Assembly (NCBI GenBank): GCA_000934665.2
Contig: KZ538793.1
Span: 1-64,000 of the forward strand
DNA length: 64,000 bases
Direction of reading: 5' to 3'
Source: Catajapyx aquilonaris
Taxonomy: Eukaryota
A program made the translations under genes and the position numbers. Of this stretch, positions 1-13,200 are shown piece after piece (positions within the stretch are counted from its first letter, which is position 1; each line of letters begins with the position of its first letter). A model generated the notes under the pieces. The model was not told where the DNA came from, did no database searches, and saw only the letters and a program-made list of their open reading frames with translations.

Positions 1-1839
1 CTAAGTCACGTGATCCCCCCTCAGAGTGGGGGGCTTCACTTCTGGGCTTGCTCGTAAACGGGAGGGGAGCGTCTACTGGTATATATGGTCTAAGGGCCTG
101 CCTGTATACCCTATTTACACCTCGTTGGTATCTCTTCAAAATGGCCGCCACCGTTGGCCCCATGGTTGGCCCTATCAAACAGAGACAGGCGAATCGAATG
201 TTTGCGCCTCTTATGTAATGTAGTATTATGCTCCCTGTCCTGGCTCTCCATTATTATAATCGCCTTCAACTGCAAAGCGTGCGATATGACCCTTCTCCTT
301 CGTAGCACCGGAGAGAGCTACAGACGCGGTGAAAGGCGACCGCGACCGGGGCAGCCGGGACGAGCGCCTCGCGACCGAACGCTGGTGTTGTGGCTTTCGG
401 AACATTGCCTTTAGGCTGGATTTTCACCCTGCTAACGTGGAATTTAGCAGCGGAGGTGATGTTTTCTCAACACTATAGGCCAAGCAGAATTTAAATTTTA
501 AAAATTATCAAAATCCAGGAGGGTAAGAAAAGTTACTTTGCTTGTGAGATTGAAAGCGAAGTGGAGAAGTTCTTGTGCCGCCAGTATACGAGTATTAATA
601 CGAGGAAGTTTTTTTGGTGAACATGACATCATTTTATAGTGCCCCGGGTATGTAATGTATCTTTTGACAGAGAGCGTCATTATCTACACAAATGAAAATA
701 AAATAAATAAATAATTGCATTTTTGAATTAAAAACTTATCTTTCAGGCATGTTTTCTCATATGTCCATACTTTGACCAGGTGTATCTCTTCTTTGAATGC
801 AGATATTAATGATATTGTTTGTCCTTACAATATGCCCTTTAACTACGTTGTACATAATTGGTTTCATTTGTATAACCTTAATAATAACTGCATAATAAAT
901 TGCGTACTAAGTGAATTTCCAGCAAAACAAGCACTTTTGGCGATTTTTTTGAAGATGACTGTACCAGTAAATTACGGCATTGTGCATACCGAATTTTTAT
1001 ATAATTTTATAATAGAACTCATGCTACTTTGTTATACAAAAAATAGCGATTAAATATTTAAAATTGCTTCTTCGAGAAAGTATGTATTTGAAGTTAGTGT
1101 GCTATATTGTAGCACAATGACTAAAGTTGTCATCAGAGGAAAAAAGATGTATCTCACTTACAAAAAATATGCACCGGGTTTTAACACTACCTCATTTTAT
1201 AACCTGTCTGTCCGTGTAAAATGAAACATAAAAAATAAAACATAAAAAATTGGGGTTTTGAAAAAATAATTTTTGAAATATGCGTGTTTTCGCTTGTTTC
1301 CATATTTTCACATCGCATATCTCAACTACACGCGGAGCTAACAAAGGTTTTATTTCATAACCTTTAGGGGGTCACCGAGTATATCACAAAATATAATCGG
1401 CACAAGCGTCACGTTTACCATAACGCCGTAGTAAATTGCGAAATATGCGCATTTTAACCAAAATATGCAATGTTGGAGATTTTTTGCAGGTGACTGTACC
1501 ATTAAATAAGGTAATTGTATCCATTACATAACAGTGCATTCTTCCAAAAGCATGAGTTTAAAATTTCATATTGGTTTTCAGAACGGTTCCGGAAATATAC
1601 TCATTGAAAGCAATGGAAAAGATGCACCTTCCCGGGAATGTCATTTCGGTACCCCTTAAAAGAAATATTAATATCTCGATAACTAAATTTTATCTCGTAA
1701 AACGGATTGCTCCATAAAAGTTCAATTGGATGTGGGTTTCACGTATATTTTAAAAAAAAACGAAGACCATGACTGGGCACCCTCTGTCTGAATTATTGAA
1801 ATGGAACCAGCCAGAAGGAAAAGGAGTATACAGTACTTA

Positions 1840-1965
1840 TGCCCGGTTTCACCAAGCCCGGTTTTCATAAAAACCCCGGTTCTTTCGGAAAATCCCTGCA
1901 AATAGAATAGGGATTTTCCCGAAGAACCGGGGTTTTATGAAAACCGGGCTTAGTGAAACCGGGCA
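1840..1965. mobile_element. palindromic MITE, PIF/Harbinger (Tourist)-like
   Basis: About 58-bp near-perfect inverted repeats (TGCCCGGTTTCAC...GTGAAACCGGGCA) flanked by TTA on both sides (1837-1839, 1966-1968). Confidence 0.85.
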
Positions 1966-2625
1966 TTACTGTCCTATAGTTGCGATTATAACGAGGATGG
2001 AAAATCCTAGTAAATCAAGCAAGAAAAGCTGTAGCTCGCGCCCCACCCTCTAATTCCCTATCACCCCCCAATCCATCAGTATAGTCAAGATGTTAGTGAT
2101 GGAGACTACGGTCTGTGTAGACTGGAGGTGTATAAACCACGCGAGACCATGTGTGATCTGTGATGTAGATTGAATAGAATTTGCCTTTCCAGCAGCACTG
2201 GTACAGTATACCTTGTATGTACAGTATATACCATTTTTTACACATGCTGTTAGACTATACTCAACTTTGCAGATATTATACCGGTACTTTGATTTACTAG
2301 GGCGAAGGGTTAATCTCTCATCTCCGCCTTCAACCTATACGAACAAATCAATTACTGCCTTCACAAATTGGATACAGATGCATAGGAATTCCCCCATGTT
2401 GGTTGGTATTGTCATCGCATCGCAGCCGTTGATGGGTATTTAAGGTTCCTCGTCGCTTCCTCCCTGCACGGGGCCCATAAAATCCCAGCAGGTAAATAAA
2501 ACAATTACTTACTTACTTACTTACTTGACTATGTACAGTACAGTGTATGACGCACAGGGTATAAATAAAGTTCCAGGCAATAAAGCAGCACATTTTATTT
2601 GCTTCTGATCTCAAGTCTGCTGCGG

Positions 2626-2688
2626 TCAGATGTAAGAAGACTGTAACTCAAAAAACTAGTTTTTGAGTTAAGGTCTTCGTACATCTGA
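2626..2688. repeat. short imperfect palindrome (MITE remnant)
   Basis: tcagatgtaagaagac..taactcaaaaa-ctag-tttttgagtta..gtcttcgtacatctga folds back on itself. Confidence 0.6.
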
Positions 2689-4033
2689 TGGGGGAAGTGC
2701 CCTCAGAGCTTAAATCTGACGATGTCGCGAGTATGCCCAATTTTGGGGTCGACAAACACTTCTGGCACATGGTAAATAAATAATATCTCGACTCTCTGAA
2801 GCTTCACTGTCAATTTAAACCAATTTTGGCACCGTTTTGATCTCCTGCAACCTCATTTTGACACATATCGTTCCGGAAAGCAAAGCTGTTGCTACATAAT
2901 TTCTGAATATGGGAAAATGTCTTTTTACACCTGGCTCCAGGTTCACCCCTGACATCACTGCCCTACCCCTACTCCACTGCGTACCTACGACAATGTGACC
3001 CCAGCACACCTCGGCTCTGAGTCTGTAAACAGAGACCCATGGAGACGGCCCTAGGAGGGTGCGGGGCCTAGGGCAAGATCAAAATTCGGGGCCTATTCTC
3101 AATTAGTGAATTTTTCTACAACGGGAGTTACGTAACCAATAATTTTGTTTACCGACTTATTAACGTACATCCTAATTAATTATGGACAATATACTATAGT
3201 GTAACAGGTACAGTTGTCAATGGATGCAAATGGAAGACACTAACATTTAAACATTAAAGGAGGTTAGTCTGGTTCTCCCACACCTCCCCTCACAGTTTAG
3301 ATGCAAATGCATAAGTTTTCTGTATTTCATTCCAAATATATGTGATGAAAATGGTAAAGGTTTTTATTTAATCACTGCAGCATTTGGGCTATCATTAGCA
3401 GTTTTCAATCTCAACACTTCCTTCAAAATCAAAATATACTGTGTGTTCCAACTGAAACGTCGTCTGGCCGTCAGGGGCTAGTCATTCTTTGCACTGAACT
3501 GCTTAGAAGAAGCAGTTACAGCACTATATGTAACAGCTTTAGAAGGTTGTTGAAATTTTTACCTGAATTGATGGGATGCATACATATAAAATAATGCAGC
3601 AGCAGGGTCTACATTTTGAAAAATTGGTCCAACTACTGACTGAAGGTGATAGTGGGTCAAAAAGAGCATTTTTTACAATGTCTCAAGCTCACAAATAATA
3701 CTATTGAGGGCCTGAATACTTCTGTGCAACGTAATACTGGCAGGTGTTATTTTTTATAACTGCCAGGTATAATATGAAAGAAGCACCTTATAGTGCCAAA
3801 AAATCAATAGCCATTTTGAGCATTTTAATAAGTTAACTGGAACCATCTGCACAGTGTGGAGTGTAACATTTTTGTTTCTTTTTTTCTTTGCTGCACTGTG
3901 ACTAACACTTGTGATTTTATACATGATCCATGCAAACCTGAGTTTCTCAGCCACATTTTACATACTTCTCTGAATAATATGCTGCTCTGGATATTAAAAC
4001 AAATATGGAGGCATGGCATCAAACACTGTTATA

Positions 4034-4204
4034 CAGGGTGACTCTAAAGTCTGGATACACAGGTAATTGGATTGCATTGTTGGTTTTCAGTTGTGCCTAC
4101 TCCAAGTGCCAACTGCGTGTCAACAAATATATTACTAGTTGGCACAACTGGATCCTCACAATACAATCAAATTACCTATGTATCCTGACTTTAGAGTCAC
4201 CCTG
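4034..4204. mobile_element. Tc1/mariner-type MITE
   Basis: TA|CAGGGTGACTCTAAAGTC ... GACTTTAGAGTCACCCTG|TA terminal inverted repeats with TA TSD. Confidence 0.9.
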
Positions 4205-4333
4205 TATTGCATTACACTATAGTGTGCATATTACACACTATTATGCAATACTTGTGACATTTTCCCCTCCTCTCCCCTGCCTGCTACCCATGCATTCTTC
4301 TCCTACAGGGGAGACAACAACTTTCAATTAACA

Positions 4334-4510
4334 GTGTCGCATGGTGGTGTAGTGGGTATTGCCACAGCCTTCCACCTCTGAGGTCGCATGTTTGATCCCC
4401 AGGTTGGACAGAGAATGCTTTCTCATGTGGAAAGAGTTTCTAAAGGCTCTCTCCATGTTCATATATATTTTCTCTGGGTTCTCCCATTTCCTCCCACAGT
4501 CCAAAAAAAT
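4334..4510 (+). mobile_element. old tRNA-derived SINE with V-domain-like core
   Basis: A-box TGGTGTAGTGG, degenerate B-box (tgtttgatcccc), then ttttctctgggttctcccatttcctcccacagtccaaa, which resembles the V-SINE core as recalled; 3' end not defined. Confidence 0.55.
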
Positions 4511-5578
4511 CTTCCTCTCTCACCCTTCCCTATGACAGTTAGCCTCACCCAATCAACCAATCACACAACCTTTCAATTAACTTGTCCTTATTACACAAAG
4601 TTCAACTCGTAACACTAGCACAACACAAAACTATACAAGAACTCTGTTGAGGCAGCACCTTATCTCATCAAACTGAACAATAACAACAAGTTGCATAGGA
4701 AAGAGACATATCCCATTCCTCCTCTAAGGTTTTGTCCTTCACAAGAAACAGTTTGCCATTTCAGACTATGCTGACGTTCTGTAAAAGACTATACTAAGCA
4801 GAGCCTAAGAGTAAAGCCTATGCTATGGTGCAAAGGGACCAGTGAGTCACATTATGCCATGGACACAAGCTCTTTTCTTTAGGGTCTGATAAAAAAGTCA
4901 ACTGTCCCATTTTTTTTATCCCCACTCTCCCTTGGGTGGAACTACAAGTTAACACAATGGCAGTAATGCAATATCAGACTTAATGTGTAGATATTTAGTT
5001 ACTAAATTATAATACTGTGTACATTTTTAAACTGTACAGAATTTTGAGTTATACTACTGCAGTTTACTGCAAAAATACATGATCTATTTACAATTATGGC
5101 AGCAAGTTACTGTATGGGGACTGCACATTACCCAATATTCATCTAAATCTCTCAACAAGGATGTAAGTCTTGCCTAATATAAAGACACTTTGTTAAACGA
5201 ATGTACTAAAAACGGGATTTGTCAAAGACAAAGTTTGGCAATTGTGCACGTTTCCATTAAAACTGAAAATGGCTCTCAGGGAGTTTGGGGGTATTAAAGA
5301 TGGGGGCAAACCCTACAACCCCAATGATGCTGATTGATTGAGTGGGAAGAAGTCAAAAGGCAAATATTAGATATTATTAATATACGATGATTGGTGGGAG
5401 AGAGAGAGAGAGAGAGAGGAATGATGAGAGAAATAAGGCAGGAAAGATTAGTATCCCTCTTTGTCTGTCTCCTACCCAACAAAATATCTTTCAAGTAGGC
5501 CCTATATATCATTCAATGAGGCAATGCACTTTATCACCCATCTTTCCACAATAACTCAAGTAGAGTACGAGTACTTAC

Positions 5579-5627
5579 AGATGCAGTGCCGGGAATAACA
5601 TGAACAAAACGCTAGGCGTCAAGTAAC
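5579..5627 (-). other. candidate 49-bp exon of an unidentified minus-strand gene (may contain start MLFPALH)
   Basis: Minus strand reads ttctatttcacAG|exon|GTAAGT, near-consensus at both ends; ATG at 5601. Confidence 0.4.
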
Positions 5628-5940
5628 CTGTGAAATAGAACACACGAGGCTCATGCTTGAGGTATAACAGAAAGTTACAACATACTGATTGACGTGGAAA
5701 GCGTACCGGTAACTGATGCTATTGATGATTTGGAGTGTAACGGATGCGGGGGATGGTAATGGAACAAAATGTCTGCCGACACTTAGCGGCGATGGGTGGC
5801 GCCAGTGGCTGGCTGATTGGACTTTGTTCTTCCGCTGGGCTCCTTCTCCAGCGCGACGGCGCTGACGGGCTATGATTCGGAATCAACGGGGTAAATAGGT
5901 TTGATTTATCCCCGATGGATCCCCACCAAATGATACTCAC

Positions 5941-6320
5941 CAAGATTCTCACTCTATGCGTTCCACGGTGCAGGTATTACATCCACCTTGATGCGTTCTC
6001 GTCCCCAGTCGTCCCGAAGGGTTCTCCTCCAAACAAGGTTGCCAGCTCACACAACTAATTGCTAATATAGCCAACCGTAGCCAACACATACCGTAAAGTT
6101 AAACTACCGGAATGTAAAATCGTACATATTTGGTAATGTAATATGCAGAACATGTTATAGCATTAAAATTAATATCAGGGTAATTTTTTAATTTAGATCT
6201 GAGCACCCTTTTCGGCGGGAGCGTGGGCGGGAGGCATATATCTTTTGTCCGCTCAACACCACCGATCCCAGTCGCGCGCATGCGCCGTGGAGAGCCGCAC
6301 CGCTGCGCTGGGTTGGTAAC
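5941..6320 (-). promoter_or_regulatory. candidate CpG-rich promoter and first (UTR) exon of the minus-strand neighbour gene
   Basis: Minus-strand donor CTTG|GTGAGT at 5941/5940; GGGCGG box and GCGCATGCGC (NRF1/Ewg-type) motif at about 6225-6285; CpG-rich relative to flanks. Confidence 0.35.
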
Positions 6321-6445
6321 AGTTACTTTGCAATAACTATCATTTAAACTGTTCTTACTGACAAATGACTGGTTCATGGTCATAGAATACTAAGGCCTGG
6401 ACCCTGGACACTCCAAAAGGACACTCCCACTTACGCCGGGGCGTT

Positions 6446-6733
6446 TTGCATGAGGTGCTCACCTGAGAGCGCCATGAGACCTTTCACTGCACTGTTATGT
6501 GGCTACCCTACCGGACTATGCTGAACTTTATAGGTACAAAAGGTAAGCCGCTACATTGGGAGACCCAATATGGCCGCCGGCGGCCATATTGGGTCCCCAA
6601 TGTAGCGCAATGTCAGCGTAGTCCGGTAGGGTCGCCACTTAATAGTGCAGTGCGGTGCAGTCAGGGTGCAGTGCATGGTCTTGTGCAGTGAAAGGTCTCA
6701 TGGCGCTCTCAGCTAGGTGAGCACCTCATACAA
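6446..6733. mobile_element. foldback MITE with central near-perfect hairpin
   Basis: Outer inverted repeats atgaggtgctcacctgagagcgccatgagacctttcactgcac / gtgcagtgaaaggtctcatggcgctctcag..aggtgagcacctcat; central gctacattgggagacccaatatggccgccggcggccatattgggtccccaatgtagc. Confidence 0.8.
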
Positions 6734-6738
6734 CACTA

Positions 6739-7275
6739 AAGGGGAGTTCACACTAGCTGACGGGAGCATACGAAAAGAACGATCCGAAAGAGTGGACCAA
6801 TCAGAGCCCACTTGAGGATGACGAAAAGTGAAAGGGATTACGAAACGGAAAATACGGGAGAAATCAACTTCTGACGGACACGGAATACGGAATACGTAGG
6901 CTTACGGACCTATCCACCAATGGAAGAGCCAGGAAAGCGGCAGGAGTGTGGCGAACGAAAGTGAAAGGGAAAGCCGGCAGCGCCTCTGGCGGGGACAGGA
7001 CGAAGGACATCAGTCGGGAGTCGAGACCCAGGGGGAGCGGGCCTCGGGAAACGGGAGAAGAGAAGGGTATGATACCGGTCCGAAGAGAGGGAGAGCCCGA
7101 GGGAGATCCGGCTTCCTCCTCGAGAATTCAAGCACAGCGCATGCGCTGCGGGATACGGAGGCTAAAGCCACGCCACTCGCTATTGTGTCTGAACACTTTT
7201 CCCTTCTTTCCGTTCGTTCCGTCATACCGTTCCGTTCGTTTCGTATGCTCCCGTCAGCTAGTGTGAACCCGCCTT
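6739..7275. mobile_element. non-autonomous DNA transposon with Harbinger-like termini
   Basis: About 37-bp TIRs aaggggagttcacactagctgacgggagcatacgaaa / tttcgtatgctcccgtcagctagtgtgaacccgcctt, TA/TWA flanks, and ACGGA-type subterminal repeats. Confidence 0.8.
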
Positions 7276-7599
7276 TAGTTATGGAGCATGCGCTGTGCAG
7301 CAGGGCAGGTAGGAGGGAGGATGGGGTCGGGGTCGTGTGGGCAGGGGGAGATCTTGGGCTGAGAAAGATGGCGGAGCCCTATACTGCGGAGGCAGCCGGC
7401 ATGGCAATGAAAATGCTGCTGAACCGACCTCGGAAGGCGTCCAGGTCACAGTGCACCAAGTGGGGCAAGAGCTGGACATGGTGCGGAGGCTGGCCTGGTC
7501 GAGAGTTTACGACAAAAAAATAGGTAACTTCCGAGCTCGGGCATTCCCAACATGGCCGAGGTAGGCCGACAAGTCCGCGTGGCGGCGCTGGGTGGCTCG

Positions 7600-7808
7600 A
7601 ACCAGCTCCCAAATTCGCTTCTATCTGGCTCTGACAGACGAGCGCGATTTTGTGTTTAGACGAGCGAATAACCAAAATTCGCTCGTGTCCTCAGGAAAAC
7701 GCCGATATGTGAATGCCTTTGGTCCTTTGATCAGACGCGAATTCGCTGAAAGCTGAAATTCGCTCGCTTTTGATGCTTTTTCGCGTACCGGTATGTGAAT
7801 TGACCTTT
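7600..7808. mobile_element. one end of a Harbinger-like DNA transposon
   Basis: Repeated aattcgct subterminal motifs ending in atgtgaattgaccttta, similar in style to the adjacent element's terminus; partner end not found. Confidence 0.35.
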
Positions 7809-9097
7809 ACTCCCCTACATTAACGGTGCTGTACGCATAAAGGCAAGCATAAAGGACTGTATTGCACAATGCTCAACAATATTTTTGTCAAAATGTTTCT
7901 GATAGTTTTGTAAGTCAAGGCTTAAATCGAAAATCAAATCAATATGAATCATTCAGCTCCTGATTGCGTAGCACAGGACACCACTGCATTCAACCATAAA
8001 TATGACTTCATTGCATTAGGCTACTCCCTACATAACCTACAACATGACGGTTGGGTCATGTCATGGGACTGTGGGAGTTATGGTCATCGCCTGCACTTCC
8101 CATGGCGGGGCTCCAGGTCAGAGGCCCACTGCGAACTTGAGCGAACAGTATGAATTGAACAGGCTGGTGAAAAATTATTTCTTTCATACGATACAAACAT
8201 TGCCTTATATGCTTTGGTGTTTGTACTGCCGGACCATCCAAGTGCAAACACATAATAGGCCTAATTGTTTTTCATGCCAAGAAATAAGAATGTTAGCAAG
8301 TAAGACACTTTATAGATAATCTATAAGACAATATTATTATGTTGAGTGGTCCACCAAGATGTTTGGTGCAAATGGTGCTTGCTAGTGTGTACTAGAAAAT
8401 AGTGAAAGATAGAACTGCAAACCATAGATAAAATAGCTGAGATGTTGGGGTCAAATTGTTGCGAATTTGCAATTTATTTCAAATTTCACATGACCACAAA
8501 AGGTGCCATGAACCTGAAATCATTTTAATTTTTTTTATGGCGTTGGTATGACAAGGTATTTTTAAATTCACATATTGTTCGCTAAAACTGATCCGTATAA
8601 TGAACTTGATGATTGTGCAATTCTACTAACTTGTACTGTACCTTGTGGCAACAATTCATAATAATTACAATCTGGAAACTTATCAAATGCATTAAATTAT
8701 AAGTGTTTTAAAATATGGTTTTGGTGAAGAACATATAGCACAGAGAAATTGATCATCACCGAACAGTGATATTTTCATTATAAATATTAAGATTAATGAA
8801 CCGAGGTTTCCTTGCAATTTTTGTCTCAGTATAGGTTACTAGTATAATATTCAGCATTTGACGTTCTATCGTAATATTTAAAATTTTTAAGTCATAACGC
8901 GCCCAGACATACAAAAAAAAGTCCCGGACCCATTTAGATGGAACTTGAAATTTCCGAAACAGACAAAAATCGGTGGTGAGCAGCAGCATTTTATGAATTT
9001 TATTTAAAAGTTTTTCGGAAGAAAAAAAAAATGTCAATGTACGACTTGAGAAAGAGGGTGTATGTCACAGTGAACGTGAACGGTCGTACCACTATGT

Positions 9098-9432
9098 CAG
9101 GGGCTCCCAACCAGAGGGTACGAGGTGGCCCTCCTGGGGGTACGGAGCTAAGTACCCCTGAGTCCAAATCGAGCAATTTTGGACATAGCAGAGCCCATAA
9201 GTGGCTTGCACAAAGCAAAATATAGCTGGATTATAATCGAAAAAATGACTTAATTTTCTTTCACTTCATCATATTCCTAGTCTCAAAATATTGATTATAA
9301 GGTAGTTATCACGATTATCACGGAGTAGTTAAATGTCAAGGATTCGGTAAATTTTTCATCCTGGTAAGGAGTACGAGAAGGACCAACTGTTCTCAAAGGG
9401 GTACGAAGGCCCGAAAAGGTTGGGAACCACTG
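9098..9432. mobile_element. hAT (Charlie-like) MITE
   Basis: TIRs CAGGGGCTCCCAACC / GGTTGGGAACCACTG; perfect 8-bp TSD CACTATGT at 9090-9097 and 9433-9440. Confidence 0.9.
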
Positions 9433-12358
9433 CACTATGTGATAACACTAATAAATATACGCCCATGCTCATATTGTATAACCCTTCCCTAGATTTTGAA
9501 AGCAGTTATATTTAATAATATTCTGCAATAGGCCTACCTTATATTACCGCAGGAGACGGATGAGCTGGTGGAAAAAATAATCCTTCCACCACTTTCCATC
9601 ATTTATTAGCTGCATGCAAGACAGGTATAAACTGCGAATTTCATCCACAAAGTGGGGAGACTCAGCTTGAAAATCCAGCCTGCAAGAAGTAGAAGACGGA
9701 GAGGTTAGGAGCACTCTGTAAACGTAGTACGTGCCGTTATATGGAAGCTGATTTGGGATGGGGGGGAAAGCGGGGCGGGAATGAGAAGGGGCATCAGGTG
9801 CGGCTCTTGCAAATGAGCCCATCCAATCGAAGCCTTTTCTTGCGCGATCCATTCGGGGAATAATGCGGCCTTAAGCGGTCCGCAAACCGATTTCCTCTCT
9901 CAGACCCTCCAATTTGCATAAAAGCTTATAGACATCTTACTATACATATGGACCTCGCTCGAAATAAGCCATGCTATTTTTTTTTTTAAAAAAACGGACC
10001 ACGTACATGTGTTCAAAACGACCTGACCAAATGGACACGTCGATGTCCACACATGAATCTTGCAAAAAGCACACATTGACTGGACGAGTGATGAAAAGCG
10101 GATTCTATAGCATGTGCGTACGTGTTAGCCAGCAAACACATACATCCGAGTGAAGCATCGTCCTCCCCTACTGTTACCCCCTCCATCCCCCTCTTCCTCC
10201 TCCTCCTGCGCGCAACCCCCGCGTCCCATCCCCACGCTGCTGATGCCGCTATCCGAAAGCGTTTCGTCTTCGTCGGGCGAATTATAATAGCTTTTCCGCT
10301 GCCGTCAGCCTAATCGTCGTCAAATGGTACCCGAGGGAACTCTGGGACCCGAATGAAGGCCTGGTGCAGGCGACTTGACGGGAACTAAGTTTGGCGCAGG
10401 GGAGGGATTGTGCCAGCCAGATTTGTCATAAGAGGAGGGCCCCCCCATTCTCCAGCATAAGACGAGCAGAGTAGCCAAATGCAAGGGTGCCAGATAGGGT
10501 AATCATTTGGTAACCCCTATCTTGCTCCTGCCTCCAAAATTCTGCTCCTGTGCATGCCTTCAACCCCAGGGACGTACGGTAGTTAACCCAACTCGTCTCC
10601 GGTGAGAATTTCGGTTAATGCATCATTACTTAATTACGGGTGTCAAGTAGGATTGGGCAGTAAGTGAAACGCGAACGAATTAGACGCGGGATGGCTGCTG
10701 GCACCTTGCTCTGCCCGTCATAATCCAGCCTGATCAGGTGAGGTACCCGTTGGGATTTGGCGGCCCCGGTTTTAGAGGGGGGGCCAAACACCGTCCGGAT
10801 CTCTCCACGGACCCTGCCATATGCAATCTACCTAGTCGCTTTCGTCTCCACGACATAACCAGGTCGAGCAGGCTGAAACACTGTGAAGTTGATCATTTGG
10901 GAGTTCATCCTGGATGTTGCAGTTTGAGTGTAGCAACCTGGTATCATGATACGAATTAGTTATTGACATGACTGTAGGCTAATGGAAAAGGATAGGGGGA
11001 ATATTCCCTGCGAATCTTAGATTGAAGTGGCATACACTGCTCACAAAGTAGCAGCTTAGTGCAATATATAACTGTTCGGACAAAAAAGTTGAAACACCCT
11101 GTATATTATAGCATAACCCTTTGGTTTTATCTGACACACCTGCGACAAAAGACCACACCTTCCATCAACTTGTCCCGACTCTCCAGCATCACGTAAACAC
11201 CCAAAAGTGTGCTCGAAAAAAAGAAAAAAAAACACCGAGGCTTATGAGCATTTTGGAGACTAAGGGGAATCCCAGGAGTGAAAGGGTGGGGTGGGGGTAG
11301 GATTTAATTAGCGCAGTGGAGGCTGTGTGCCAGGGTGGGTGCATACCCCCAGGTGCGCAGGCGCTGTCTCCGGGTATGCTCCGGATTTTTCCCTCCCCCA
11401 TTTCCCCCCCCCATGGCCGTCCCACCCCACCACCCCACCCCTCTCATCGCTCACAACTGACATGATGGCCCATTCGCCCCTCCAGCTCGGAATTGGACGG
11501 GGCGGCCCTCCCCCCCATGCCTGCCCCCTCTTTTTACGGCCTCCCAGTAATCCGGCCCGGCTCCGCTCCCCAAAGATAGATTTAGCCCAATTTTTCCAGA
11601 TTAAATTCCGGGAGCTTTCAAATATTTTAAATTTCCTCCGGGCTAATGCGGCCATAAAGCAGGCGACCCGGGCGCCTCCCGCGTCATCATCGGCCCGATG
11701 AAACAAATGAAGGATGCTAATAATATTCAATTATTAAACAATAATCCGCCGGCGAATCCCGGGTGGGCCTGGCTGGAGCTGCAACGAGTGCTGTTAGCTC
11801 GGCACCGGAGCCGATTGGAGTTCCGGGCTTGGGCGGACCGGAGGGCACCCACGGGACCCACCACCCCCCCTACTGCCATGTACCCCCCCCCCCCCAACTT
11901 TCATTCTATATTCTCTACCCCCCACCTCCCTAGCATGGACTGCCAAACGGAATAATACAGCAGGCTGTAGCACCCCTCCGGAATTATTATCCGGACGACT
12001 CGTTGCCCCTTTGGATACCTTATTTTCCGGATTATATGTCTTGAATAGGGATGTGACTGGTGTCAATCTTGACCCTTGGGGATGGGTGGTGGTGTTTTGC
12101 ATAAGAGGTGGAATAAAATGTTGGGAATGTTTGGACAGATGTGATTCACAGCAGGTTATATGAGGGCGTAATTAACACTTTGTTAATCGTATATTCATAC
12201 TTATTTTTCCTAAATGCAATTTTACATGTAAAATAAGCTTCTAAAGTGACCTTGGGGAAAAAGAAGTGGGTTTGTGAATAGATTCCACAGATGAATACAT
12301 GAAGGTAGATATCTGCAACTTTTTAAAAAAATAGTCAACAGCCAGATAGCCTCTAAAT

Positions 12359-12574
12359 CAGTGGTTCCCAACCTGTGAGTCGCGATCTCCAAGGGGGGAA
12401 GCATTTTCCTGGAGTTCGCGCAATGGCCGCTGTTATTTTTTATTTGCCATCAATTTTATAGAAAATTTCACCATGAAGGTTTTAATATGTTTACACTACA
12501 TTAATATTCCACTAATACTCGGGGGAGGGGGGGGGTGCATCTTACTTGACTATCATAAAGGTTAGGAACCGCAT
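12359..12574. mobile_element. hAT (Charlie-like) MITE, degenerate
   Basis: CAGTGGTTCCCAACC ... GGTTAGGAACCGCAT; 8-bp TSD ctctaaat / ttctaaat (7/8). Confidence 0.7.
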
Positions 12575-12629
12575 TTCTAAATGTTTGAGGCAGTTAGCTG
12601 TATATTGCCGTCCTGATCAAAAAGCTGTA

Positions 12630-12773
12630 CTATGGGGTTCAAATGGTTTTGGCCACTTTATCCTGGTCTTGAAGCAACCCTTCGCACAGGCCCCACGTTG
12701 AGCAAGTGTGTGTGTGTGTGAAGGGTTGCTTCAACACCAGGATAAAGTGGCCAAAACAATTTGAGCCCCATAG
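12630..12773. mobile_element. TA-flanked hairpin MITE (Tc1/pogo-like)
   Basis: About 55-bp inverted repeats ctatggggttcaaatggttttggccactttatcctgg / ccaggataaagtggccaaaacaatttgagccccatag, TA on both flanks, (TG)n in the loop. Confidence 0.8.
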
Positions 12774-12899
12774 TACAGTACACAGTATCTGAAATGAGTT
12801 TGAATAAGACTGTATCAGGATCATCCTGTGTGTTACGCCACCCCCTATACCCACGCTATGTTAGGTGGGTCCCCTAACACGCAGGAATTTCTCTCTCGC

Positions 12900-13200
12900 A
12901 GCTTTGGATATCATGATAAAAATTAACATACGCTTAGGCCCCGTAATTGAACCGAAGTTGCCAAAATCAACAAGAGTAATTTCCGGTAATTTCTTCTTCA
13001 AGATTCTCAAAAAGCCACATATAGCGTTCATAATGGCAATGTGATTCTTGTCAACTGCCTGACGCGTTTCAAATATTGTGTCAGCTGTCTTAAGTTTGTT
13101 ACGGAACAATATTTTTTGGGTGTCCCCATAAATAAAAAGTAAGGATAAGTCTGGAGAACGCTGGTAGCCACGGGGATTATTTTAGCCACACTTATACTCG
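12900..13200 (-). pseudogene. possible highly degenerate hAT transposase C-terminal remnant
   Basis: Broken frames give IIPVATSV...LRQLTQYLKR...ENLEEEIT, loosely like the hAT dimerisation domain; weak. Confidence 0.2.

Noticed and set aside
700..1784. AT-rich element with internal repeats ending gggcaccctc (also one-ended relics near 3045, 9060, 11100, 39830, 47910 and 50065)
   Set aside because: Probably transposon fragments, but no partner terminus or TSD is visible, so not called.
6948..7523. 191-aa ORF
   Set aside because: Crosses a transposon terminus in GC-rich DNA; no recognisable domain.
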